From Octopus vulgaris (lineage: Eukaryota), in the NCBI GenBank assembly GCA_951406725.2, contig OX597821.1, positions 76,570,001-76,634,000 on the forward strand: a stretch of 64,000 nucleotides of DNA, given 5' to 3'. This document shows, piece by piece, positions 13,801 to 25,517 of the stretch (position 1 is its first letter; each line of letters begins with the position of its first letter). A program made the position numbers and the translations under genes. The notes under the pieces were generated by a model. That model was not told the DNA's origin. It made no database searches and was given only the letters and a program-made list of their open reading frames with translations.

Positions 13801-14255
13801 CCTTACCTGTTCGAGATAAACTCGCAAGGCATGGTGCCCCAGTCAGCCCGACCTGCGCGAGATGTGGGCGAGATAGGGAAACCGTCTCGCACGCGATCGT
13901 GCAGTGCCCGGAGGTGACAGACATGTGGGTTTATGCCGAACAACTGATGTCAAGTGGAGGAAGAGTACAGCTATCAGCCGAATCCATTGTGAAAATCAGC
14001 CCACCTGATTTCTTAACGAAAGAAGGTAAGAATTGTTTTCTCTCTCTGGTTTCAATTGCGAAACAGGCAGTATGGAAGACGCGGGTGAAAGGGATGCTAA
14101 CAGGCGACTTCATCTCCGGTTCTAGTCTGGTGGAATACTTCAAATTCCACCTGAAAAGACAAATAGAACTGGAGAGGAGGAGCCTGAGTAAGAAAGTGTT
14201 CGATGAAAGGTGGAAGAATGTGGCGAATAAAAGGTCCCTCACAAATGCGAGATAG
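10868..14255 (+). pseudogene. Tx1 ORF2: APE endonuclease + reverse transcriptase + zinc finger; small frameshift near 11525 and a stop near 11633
   Basis: NVRGL, VYAP, GDYN, IDRIL, SDH; PGLDG, FRPITLLN, LDQSKAFDRV, RQGCPLSP, AYADD; CARC...H...C; 861-aa open stretch. Confidence 0.92.
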
Positions 14256-14506
14256 ACCTGGAAAAAAAGTAAACACAAGTCTAAGTGTCGTGGCGGGGAG
14301 CGTGGGGTCCGCGGACCCGCCCCACTGCATTCTGTCAATTTGTAAATGTGTCTTTGTAATTGTAATTGTAATTTCATTCGATTTTATTGTTCAGTCAAAT
14401 TTTTAAATTGATCCCACAAAGCATCTTATTGTATCATCATTCGTGATTGTCATGTTCTTGTCTATGTCGCCCCTAGTGGGTAATAAAGAATTTTGCTTTG
14501 TCTTTT

Positions 14507-17500
14507 GGAGGTCGGTTGTGTGTTGAAAGTAAGCTAAAATATTGTTAATAATTGTGTTTGATTTACCTTGTTGAAAATTTGTTGTTAAAACGTTGTTTTG
14601 AAAATTTGACTGGTTTGTGAACCAGAGAACTTTGTTATTCCCCTCCTTTAAGGAGGGGAAGTATTGTGAAATATATATTTTGTGTGTTAACACAATTTAA
14701 CAAAAAAAAAAAAAAAATACATATATCCATTTTTGTGAAAATGGATAACAAAAAAGTAATTACCAATGAAGGTTCACCTTCGAAGGAAAAGAATGTAGGT
14801 TCACCTACAAAAGGAAAAATTGTAGGTTCACCAAAAGAAAACAAAGCAGGAGAACCTGAAACAATTTCACCGACAATTGAAACGGAAAAAAAAAACGTTC
14901 AACTTTGCCGCCGCAGCAGGCAGGAAGACAGGACATCGACCCAGAAGAAATAGACTTCGAAGAATACAAGGAAATGTATAAGAGGGAGGGAAACAGCATA
15001 AAGGCTACCCTCCCCAAAGAAATCAAAACAAACACGATGAAGAAAATAGTGACTTTTAAATCGTTCCTAATCAAGGAGAAAAAAATAGGAAAAATTACAA
15101 AAGAACAGGCAGAAAAATGCCTAAAACCAATTTGGGCTGACATAGAATACGTTACATGGGGAAGGAAGTATGCCACAATTGTGGCATACTTCAAAGAAGA
15201 AGAAAAAGCGAAGATTCATTCAATCAACCCCATTAAAACGAATGAAATTATTCTTCTCCCCTCCTATATGGGGAGGCGTACATCGAGGATCAAAATAGAA
15301 GAGATCCCGATTGAAATTGAAGTAAAGAGCCTCATCCCAGCCCTATTCATGGGGCTGGAAGGAAAAATAAAAATTATCAACACAACCAAGATTAAGATGG
15401 AGAATTGGAAGGGACAGGCGCTGCAAGTAATAGTGCAGGCAGCGCCAGAGACGTTAGAGGAGGTCCCCGAAAGTATCGACTTCGATGACGACATAAACTT
15501 GCGGGTGGTGGTGGAGGGGCGTAAGCCCAGATGCTACGGGTGTGGCGAAAAGGGCCACATCCGAGCAGAATGCCCCGCCCGCAAGAAGGAGGAAGAAGAA
15601 GAGAAAAACAGAAGAAGAGGAGAGGAGAAAAATATAACAGAAGAAGAGAAAACACAAGACGATTTCGTAACGCCAAGGAAAGTAAAAAAAAGGAAAAACA
15701 CAGACATGAACACACCAAACCCTGGCATAAAAAAGACCAACACCCAGGGAGGGAAACCCACCACCCCCAAACACGGTTCCCCACAAAAAGGAAAAAATAT
15801 AGGACCCCCCCAGACTAACCCGAACCACCCCACAGTACCCAGCATTAGCCTCCCCTCCAAACGTCTTCGCCGTGCTCCTCCCCGGTCTCCCCCTCCTCCC
15901 CATCACCCCCACAAAGGCCACAAAAAAGAGTTACAGAATTTCAAATAGTATATGCTGCAATAAATAAGGACAACGACAGACTTAGAAACACAATTGGAAA
16001 CATACCAAGCGCGGGAAAAATAAAAACCCATAGAAATCTACATGAAAATGTAGGAATTTACAAATTGGACCTTTTGAACTATAACATAATAAACGCACAG
16101 TTTGCAGGGGACATAAGGGGTCCACGACTCGGATTGGACGAGTCACTGATTAAAGCGGACTTCACCCCACGACCAACAGGGACACCATTGTAAGGTAAGT
16201 AAAATGTCTCGTATTTGTGTAGGATGTGTAAATGTGCGTGGCTTGATGGCGAGCTGGAAGCAAGGGCGCTTCCTAAATGACATAAGGTCACGGGATTTAG
16301 ATGTTGTTGCCACAGAAACCCGGTTAAAGGGGCCAAGAGATCTGCTCCCGCTGTTCGACGGTTACGAGAGAATTATCTCTCCGAACCCGTCGGTCGGCGG
16401 AAGTGGGGTGTTGGTCCTGGTGAAAAAGAACCGGGTTTCTGGGAAAAGTTGATTTTTGCAGATCCAGAAGGTAGGCTGGTCGTCGTTGATTTGACGTTCA
16501 GCAGTCGTAAGACAATCAGACTGGTTGCGGTTTACGCACCCAATAATAAGGGGAATAGTGAGTATTTTCGGAATCTTGAGAAGTTTCTGAGTACATCGTG
16601 CCCTTTAGTAATGTTAGGAGACTACAACACAATCTGCAATGTGCGGGTAGACTGTGTAGGCTCGCAAACAGACAGGAAAGGAAATGCTTGCTTCCTGGAT
16701 CTACTAAGACGTTTTGAGCTGGTAGATCCATATAGACTGGAACATCCGGACGCTCCATTGTGGACATGGTCAAACAGCGACGGATCGTCAAGGTCATACA
16801 TAGACAGGATTTTAATTAGGAAGGTAGATAGAAACCTAGTTAAGAATCCACAGCTCCACATAGTCAGCTACAGTGACCACAAGATGGTCACCTGTAAGCT
16901 AGACGTAGATAAGATATATAGAGGTCCTGGTTACTGGAAACTTAATACGTTAGATTAAGGAGTACAGTGACAGGATTAGGTTAATGATCCAGAGGGCCAT
17001 GACCGGCTCCATTATCAATAACAAATGGTGGTATGCCCTCAAGCGAGCCATAAGATACGAGTATTAGGTATAGTATAGATCTCGTAGCTAGAGAGGCTAG
17101 AAAAGAAACTACTCTAGTTAAGGACCTAGGCACTGGATAATTTCCAGAAGTCTTTGGCTTGGCAGTGTTACCGAGGAGCCTTACCTGTTCGAGATAAACT
17201 CGCAAGGCATGGTGCCCCAGTCAGCCCGACCTGCGCGATATGTGGGCGAGACAGGTAAACCGTCTCGCACGCGATCTTCCAGTGCCCGGAGGTGACAGAC
17301 ATGTGGGTTTATGCCGAACAACTGATGTCAAGTGGAGGAAGAGTACAGCTATCAGCCGAATCCATTGTGAAAATTAGCCCACCTGATTTCTTAACGAAAG
17401 AAGGTAAGAATCGTTTTCTCTCTGTGGTTTCAATTGCGAAACAGGCAGTATGGAAGACGAGGGTGAAAGGGATGCTAACAGGCGACTTCATCTCCGGTTC

Positions 17501-17860
17501 TTGTCTGGTGGAATACTTCAAATTCCACCTGAAAAGACAAATAGAACTGGAGAGGAGGAGCCTGAGTAAGAAAGTGTTCGACGAAAGGTGGAAGAATGTG
17601 GCGAATAAAAGGTCCCTCACAAATACGAGATAGGCCGTAAAGGAAAAACACAAGGCTAAGTGTCGTGGCGGGGAGCGTGGGGTCCGTGGACCCGCCCCAC
17701 TGCATTCTGTAATTTTGTAAAACTGTCTATGTAATTGTGTAATCCTTCGATTTTATCTATCATTCAGATTTTTAATTCACCCCAAAAAGCATATAAATGT
17801 ATTTCATCATTCGTGATTGTATCGTAAGTTCTGTGTCGCCCCTAGTGGGTAATAAAGAAA
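14507..17860 (+). mobile_element. Tx1 LINE copy 2 with the RT domain deleted
   Basis: ORF1 (about 14741-16193, frameshifted) and endonuclease (from 16204); junction CCTAG|GCACTGG near 17130 joins the equivalents of copy-1 positions about 11802 and 13752; same 3' tail. Confidence 0.9.
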
Positions 17861-17883
17861 TAGAAATTCGGCAAAGAATTTTT

Positions 17884-18628
17884 GAGGACGTCGGTTGTTA
17901 TTATTTGAACGCGCGTGAAATTGTAAGTTGCAAAAATTGTTGTTGAATTGTTGTACGTTTGTTGATACGGTTTCTTGTTATACTGTTTCTGTTCTGGTGG
18001 CCGTTGTATGTCTGTGTTGAGACAGACAAAAGGATATGGACCACCCCTCCCTAATGGAAGAGTCGGAGGAGGAATGGTTATTCGAGACCTTGTCAGAAGC
18101 ATCGACCTCTGAGGACGAGCTGATCGGCGCTGTGAATATTATGGATATTAAAACCGGGAAAACGTACGCTGGAGCAGCAAAAAAAAAAAAAACCACAGAG
18201 GAAAAGGAGATAAACCTAGAAAAATTGCCAGGTTTTCAAGCATACATAACTAAAGGTGATGAGGTAGAACTACTTCCAGAGAAACGAGAAGACTGGTTTA
18301 TGAAGATAATTATAAAATACCGGACATATGGAAAAGATAAAGTAGAAATAATAAAAATGGAAGATATTGAGGAGGCGCTAAGGAGAGGAGGAAGAAATCA
18401 CATTCATGGCAAGAGGAAACGAGTTCGGAACTATAATAGCGCAATTTGAAAACAAAAATATAGCAAGGAAAATGGCAACGAAGACAATAAAAACTGAAAA
18501 AGTAATATTATTACCATCTTACATGAACCAAAGAATAAATAGAATAAGAGTTGAAGGGATACCCCCCCCCCCCCACATAGAGGGTGAATGGATCGTCGCG
18601 GCGATAATAAAAGATTTGGAAGAACCAA
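17884..18628 (+). mobile_element. 5' part of a third Tx1-related element (ORF1 family of 25518-27145), 3'-truncated
   Basis: LFETLSEASTSEDEL...TYAG...LEKLPGFQ...LLPSY aligns with ORF 25687-27048. Confidence 0.8.
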
Positions 18629-18629
18629 G

Positions 18630-19272
18630 TCATCCGCAACCAAGTAAGCCCCTCTGAAATCAACAACTGGAGATCTCATCAAGGACCAAAGCAAGAAAAT
18701 GGATACATGGGTGGAGTACTACCAGGATCTGTACTCACGGGGTCCACGGCAGCTGAGGCTGCAATCGAGGGTGTCAAGATCTTGCCAGTCATGTATGAAC
18801 TTGGCAGTCTGCCATCTATAGCAGAGCTCACCAAGGCGATTGACTCTCTAGCAAATAACAAGGCTCCGGGAAAAGACGGCATCCCCTTAGATATCATCAA
18901 AACCGGCAAAAAACACCATCCTGCGTCGGCACCTTCATGAGCTTCTGTGTCTGTGCTGGGAAGAGGATACAGTCCCTCAGGATATACGGGATGCAAACAT
19001 TACGCTTTAGAAAAACAAAGGTGACCATGGTGATTGTAACAATTACCATGGAATATCTCTCCTAAGCACTGTTGGAAAGGCCTTTGCTCCCATTATCCTG
19101 TCCAGGCTACAACTGCTTGCTTCTCGAATTTATCCAGAATCGCAGTGTGGCTTTAGAAGAAGCAGATCAATTATTTACATGATATTCTCCATACGCCAAC
19201 TTCAGGAGAGGTCCAGAGAGCAGAAAATGCCGTTATATATGGCCTTCATTGATCGGACAAAGGCCTTTGACT
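18630..19272 (+). mobile_element. RTE-clade LINE reverse transcriptase fragment
   Basis: KAPGKDGIP, KNKGD..DCNNYHGISLLS, PESQCGFR, IFSIRQLQE, LYMAFID..KAFD. Confidence 0.85.
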
Positions 19273-20765
19273 TGGAATGGGAGGTTGTCCCACCCAAGCA
19301 GTGGATTGAAAGTCTTGAGAAGAGGACGGTGGTCCTACGAACCTATTCTAGGTCGCGTGGAGCTATCGCCCTCTTCGACAGGAGCACCATTGAGAAGGAG
19401 TTGGGGGTACCACCTACCAACGATAAAATTTATTTCTCGGGGGAATAAATTTGCAACGGTGTGGTTGCTATTTGATACCCCCGAGGAAGCTAGCAGATTT
19501 GCTAGCGAGCCACTGGAGGGAGAGGAAATTTTGTTCCTCCCCTCGTATTGTGGCAGAAAAGTGAAAGAGCCTGGGTGTGTGGGCTGCCCCCGGGCACGGA
19601 GGCGGAATGGATCGAGAAGACCATCCGGTGAGGCCTGGGGGATAGCGGACCCACACTACTGAGTGTGAAAATGGCTCCCGCGGTCGCTTGGGAGGGGTCA
19701 AAGGCTACTTTGACCCTGTGGACGCCGGTGGCCGTGGGAGAAATGAAATTCCCGGACTTCCTGAGAATGGCTGGGCACAGGTACCCGGTGATACTCGAGG
19801 GTCGCTCCCCCCCCCAAGTGTCACCTGTGCCTGAAGCCCGGACACATCAGGAAGAATTGTCCCGGGGGCCGTGGTGGTGCCCCGGAGCAGAAAGGGGAAA
19901 AGGCGCCCGCCGCCCCCTCATTGGAGGGGGAGACGGTGGAAATCGTGGAGGAGGTTGCCTCCACGAAAAGAAAGAGACAGGCGAGCAACAATGGTTGCCC
20001 GCCAAAGAACGCTCAGGTGGCGGAGGGGGATAGCAATCCCCCGTGTCTGGTGACGGAGTCCCCTGGGTCAGCAGTCTCCCCCAAAAGAAGGAGGAGAAAA
20101 AGGAGAGGTCGGACGACTGACGTTTCTGTGTCGCCGACGGAGCCGCGGGTGGGATGTGTGCCACCCGCGGACAAGGCTCCGCCAGTAGGAAGTGTGCCAC
20201 TGACGGAGAAGTGTGAGGTCCCTTCCTGTGAAGAGGAGATGCTTCTCCTCCTTTACCACAAGGGAGAGGAGGTGGAAAGATTTTTGAATGGCTTGGGTGA
20301 CCGAGAACGCAAGGGCACGGTCGGCTCAAGGAGTCCGTTATGGCCTCCGCGGGTAGCTTCGGAAAAAGTAACGGAAGATATTTTGTCAAGGGTCGCAGAG
20401 ACCTTTGAGAGGAAAGATTTTACTTTTCTCTTTGCAGGCCCCGACTTGTCGTCGCAGAGTTGTCTGCAGGTGGCAAGACAATTTGCTTCGGGGACCTGAC
20501 GAGGAGAATTGTTGAACATTTTTTTGTAAACATGTTGAAGAGGAGGGTTATTGCCTCCTCTAAAATATGTAATTTGAATCATTGTGAACATTTTATTAAA
20601 TGTATTTATTGAAACATTGTTTTAGAGAAGCGATAGTCGGCGGGCGCTTTCGACTTCTCCCATCACCATCTTCATCCACCACCACCATCATCATCCATTA
20701 ATGTCCTTGTCCAGCCCGTAGCTACTATGTGTGCTGCCCTAGTGGCAAATTATATAAAATAAAGT
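19273..20765 (+). mobile_element. 5'-truncated ORF1-only Tx1-derived element (second family), frameshifted
   Basis: ISRGNKFATV, FLPSYCGRK, VILEGR..KCHLCLKPGHIRKNC; stop at 20499, short UTR with hairpin, tail GCCCTAGTGGC...AATAAAG; no ORF2. Confidence 0.7.
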
Positions 20766-21594
20766 AGAAAAAGCCTCTTCATCCTGCTCAAAAAATCGGA
20801 TGTAAAAGGTTCAGAGGATCACCAGAGCCCTGGGCGACTGTCCACAGTCGACGCTATGGCTTGGCTTGGCATGGCAGAAAGAAAGAATTTAAATTATATA
20901 TAGAGAACTATAGTGCGAAGGCAGCATAAAAAACAACCCTTCCTCAGTTGTTGGCAGTTTTACCTACTCCGTGTTGTGAGCATTGCAACGAGATGTCTTC
21001 GTCAAAGCAATTGCTCCCCCAAAGCAAATAAAATAAAATTTGAGATACGTGGAACGTCAAAGCTGCTAACAAAAACAGGACAGTGAAAACATTCGGTAAG
21101 GGCTGTTTAACCCTAACGAGGTGAAGTGGTGACCGCTGGAGAAAAAAAGCTTTGTCAAGAGAGACAAGAATGCGTGTTATAGTTATAAACTGAACGAGAA
21201 GAAAGAGAATTACACTTAGAAATAAAGATCTATAATTATTGAGGACAGAATTTCAGTTAGAAATAGAGAACTATAAATATTGAATTATGCATAAAGTGGT
21301 GGCTTACATTCGGGGCTTCAAATTTCCCTGTAAAATAGAAGATAATCGCAAAATCATCGCACATGTCACCATCGATTACAAACACCGGTGGAAGATAAAA
21401 GTTCCAGAGGACATTCTTGTTCTTTCACTCGTACAAGGATCGTATTATGTTTCGGCTTAAAATAAATTATAGATACAAATATAATGTATAGAAATATATA
21501 AAAACCAGAATAGAAAATAAACGTCTTAGACATATAAAATGAGATATCAAGCTGTAATAAACTTGAAACCTACTAGAATATCATAGATTATAAA

Positions 21595-24135
21595 TCATGT
21601 CATCCAATCAGTTCTGTCCGATTTTACCTTTTTTAGATTTGAATGAAATTTAATAGTATTTTCAAATATCTAATTCAATTAAAAATTACTTTTATGCATT
21701 TGTGTACGTTTAAACTAATTCAATATTGTTTTACGTACATGGGGATTAACACATACTTTTAAAACAATACAATTCTATTTAATTATAATGTTAATAAATA
21801 ATATTTTCAAAGTGATTTCCATCATTTTCAATGCATAACTTGATGAGCCTGGCAAAATTCAGTTGAACTTGATTAAATAAGTCTACATTGCCATCAATTT
21901 CAGCACACTGACTGGTAATGCGTTCTCGTGTGTTTTAAATCTGTAATCTTTATTGAGTAAACTTTCTCTTTCAACATACCCCAGAAAAAGAAATCAAGGG
22001 GAGAAAGTTCTGGTGAACGAGGGGACCATTCCAAACGACCCCTTCTTCCAATCCAGTGAGGAAAAGTGTCATTAAGCCAATCTAACATTTGTGGCAAAAT
22101 GGGTAGGGGCCGCATCCTGCTGAAACCAATTCGGAAAGCCCTCGCCTAGGCACCCAATTTGAGATATTAATTTGTCTCAATATGTTTACACAAGTCTCAT
22201 CCGTTACATGTTCAATGAAGAAGGGTCCTAGAACATGAGCTTTCCGCAAACCAGACCACCCTATCACCTTTTTTGCTGCCTTGCTGTTTGGATGGATCCA
22301 TCTAATGTGGATTACCTCGAGACCAGTATAGAAGATTGTCTGTTGACCTCACCATTTACATAAAACGTAGTTTTGTGAGTGAACAACTCGAAGTTTTTCG
22401 TAAAATTGATATTTTCATCCAATTTATTTGAAAACCATTCGCACGTCTACATTCGTCTATCAGGGTCGTCTTCATTTAAGTGATGCAATATATGTAGGTT
22501 GTATCGATGAAACTTTTCCTCAACCAGCATTTTGTGGATCGTTGGTTTTGGAACACCTAACACCGTGGATGTCCGACGAAGTGATTTCTTTGGGCTAGCA
22601 GAAACTTTAGCCATGACAGCCTCTTTCGTTTCATCTAAAGTCTTGGGTCGCCCGGAACGGGGTTTATCCAAAACACTGCCTGTTTCTTTAAATTTCTTGA
22701 TCAATTTCCCGACGGCAGTAAAATAAATAAATTGCCTTTAAGGGTGTCGAAGATTAAATTCTTCCGCAATTTTGCGATAAGACCATCCCTCTCGTTCACT
22801 TAATTATACTAACTCGATTCTTTCTTCTTTAGACAGATCCATCATTCGATCTGGGATTCTTTCTTCTTTAGATAGAGCCATCATTCGATCATCTGTAGAA
22901 AAAATAAATAAATTTATAAAAGTAAAGTATTTTTTTAAAAATTTAAACAAAAGTAAAAAAGGAAAATTATTATTTCTTCTATTTATTTGTTTATGTTATG
23001 ATTTTATTCCATGAACCCAGACTTCGTGGACACCCTAAAATTGCCTTGATTAAAACCTTTTCAACATGGAAGTATCCAAGGAGCATTTAAGGAACATATA
23101 ATTCTTTATGAGTACAATAAAGTTAACTCTGCAGCCGAAGTGACTCGAAACATACACTCAGTTTATGGGAAAGTGCTTGAATGAACGAACTTGCAGGAGA
23201 TCGTTTGCAAAATTGAAGATGAAGATCGAACAGGACGTCCAGTTGAGTTTGATAAGCTCCTTGAGGCATTACTTGAAGAAAATCCGTCATTATCAGTTGA
23301 AGAATTGGCAATAAAGCTTACTTCAAACCATACAACAGTTCATCGTCATCTTCAACAACGTGGAAAGATTCCTAAACTTGGAAAATAGGTGCCTCATGTA
23401 TTGTCCGAAAGCAACCGCAAATCCCGAGTTGACATCTGCTCTTCTCTCCGTTCTCGCAAACTCATTTCACCCTTTTTCGACAGACTTGTGACGAAAAATG
23501 GATTTTCTATCGAAATGTTAAACGTCGTAAACAGTGGCTTGGTAAAATGGAAAATGCTCAACCATAAAGAGAAGGGAACCTTACGGGAAAAAAGGTTCTA
23601 CTCTATCTGGTGCGATTGCAAAGGCGTAATTCACTTTATATTGTTACCACCTAATGCAACAATCAATGCTTAAGTCTACTGTCAGCAATTAGAGCGTTTG
23701 AACCAAGCTTTGAAGGAAAAAAATGCAGCTTTAGTGAGTCGAAAACAAGTGATGTTTCATCAGGACAATGCGCAACACCACACTGCAAAGATTACATCAC
23801 AGAAGATCGAAGAGGTCGGCTTGGAAAAATTTCTTCATCCAACTTATTCTCCCGACCTTACTCCTTCAGGATACCATTTGTTGCATAGTTTACAGAATTA
23901 TTAGGGGGACACAACTTTCGCAAGCCAGGAGGAGGTCTAACCTGACATTTCAGAGTTCTTCGCTTTGAAGCCAAAAGAGTTTTACATTGATGGGATTAAA
24001 AAGCTTGTAAATAGATGGAAGTAAGTCATAGATAATCAGGGAAAGTACATTGATGATTAACTTTCAATTAAATATAACATTTGATCACTTATATTCTTTA
24101 TCCAAAATTCGGACAGAACTTATGGGATGACCTGA
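21595..24135 (+). mobile_element. mariner (DD34D) transposon, degenerate, with a nested insertion
   Basis: TIRs TCATGTCATCCAATCAGTTCTGTCCGA / TCGGACAGAACTTATGGGATGACCTGA; transposase remnants about 23067-24060 (GRP, VPHVL, QDNA, YSPDLTP..YHL). Confidence 0.88.
21735..23037 (-). mobile_element. Tc1/mariner transposon of DD41D (rosa-like) type, degenerate, nested in the mariner 5' UTR
   Basis: KFKETGSVLDKPRSGRP, QQDAAP, WIGRRGRLEWSPRSPELSPLDFFFWG; one TIR clear at about 23010-23037, the other partial. Confidence 0.8.
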
Positions 24136-24735
24136 GATATATACACTGGTGAAAATATATTTAAGACCGACGATAAAAGTTCTATTTCTTACAAAGTATT
24201 TTGTTACTAAACACCATACAAATTATTTTTATCTTTTACACCGTATGCAAAATTTATTTCTCTTTCGAATGATGCAGACAATAACTATTTTGATACAACT
24301 TGAAGAATTTTAATGCTAAATATAAACGTTTCAAATTTAACGGCAAAATTAGTTTAAGACAATGTAATATGTATGCAATTTTTTTGGCCAAAATGGGTGG
24401 TCACACAACGAGCCTAAATGCACCATATAAAGTTATAATTTAATGTTATTATACAATTTATTAATAATGGGAAAACAACGTAGCCTTAGTCCAGTCACGA
24501 GAGCAAAATTCGTATATTACAGCAAAAAGTTTCCTTTTAAGAACATCAGCAAGCAACAAAAGTGCAGTAAACCGGCTTGCGCGCAAGCGTGGAAGTTAAA
24601 ATGTGTTATACGATAAAAATTTCGGCTATTTGTCTTAAAACATTCAGACAAGAAAATTCAGATGTAGCACATGAGGTATTATTCCATACGAATATCCACA
24701 TATGTTAAGAGTTTCATGATAAAAATATAGAAATA

Positions 24736-25302
24736 TTGGGTTGTCCGGAAAGTTCGTGCCGATTTATAGTAGCTTAACTTTCGACTTATTTTAGAACATG
24801 TTTGAGTCAATAAAATAGGATTTGACTACATCTCCATTTAGAGCACAGTTTAAGCTATCTTTTCGTGGAAGAAGTTTTATGTTCCTATAACCTGTATTAA
24901 TTCTGTAACCCTTTAAAATAAAAGATGAGAAAGTTCATTTTCGGCACTTGATGCTTTGGGAACCAGACATAAATTGCTGCTGCTCGGCTGGGATGCGTTA
25001 TCCCCATCCTCCTTATTCCCCAGATATTACTCCTTCGGATTTCCACTTATTCAGGTCTCTGCAGAATAGTCTTCATGGTGAAAATTTAAATTCCTTAGAT
25101 GACGTAAAAAGATACCATGAAGAATTCTTTGCCTTGAAACCACCCCAATTCTGGGAAGAGGGTATTTTCAAGGTAAAGAAAAGATGGAGACGAATTGTGC
25201 AACGAAATGGTTCAGATTTGGTTCATTAAAAATGTAATGGCAAGTATTTATTGACCTTTTATTTTCCTTTAAAAATCGGAACGAACTTTCCGGACAACCC
25301 AA
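24736..25302 (+). mobile_element. Internally deleted mariner (non-autonomous), copy 1
   Basis: TIR TTGGGTTGTCCGGAAAGTTCGTGCCGATTT, TA TSD, residual HPPYSPDITPSDFHLFRSLQ. Confidence 0.92.
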
Positions 25303-25517
25303 TATAAACATAACAATGAAATACGAATATAAACATGAAAAATAAAAACCTAAATTGAAAGAGGCGATTAAAATTTTTTTCCTAACCTGCAGCCGTATCA
25401 GAAAAGTGGTTGTACGAAGTATTCGAAATTCAGCCCTCCTTCCTCAGGGTTCCTTTCTCGAGGTAAGATCCAGCAAAAATCGTTAAGGCACTACATGGTG
25501 AAAGTTCAGTTTTCTGA

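Larger units (their letters stand above)
9150..14490 (+). mobile_element. Full-length Tx1/L1-clade LINE (copy 1)
   Basis: 5' UTR, zinc-knuckle ORF1, APE-RT-zinc finger ORF2, 3' UTR ending GCCCCTAGTGGGTAATAAAGAA. Confidence 0.92.
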
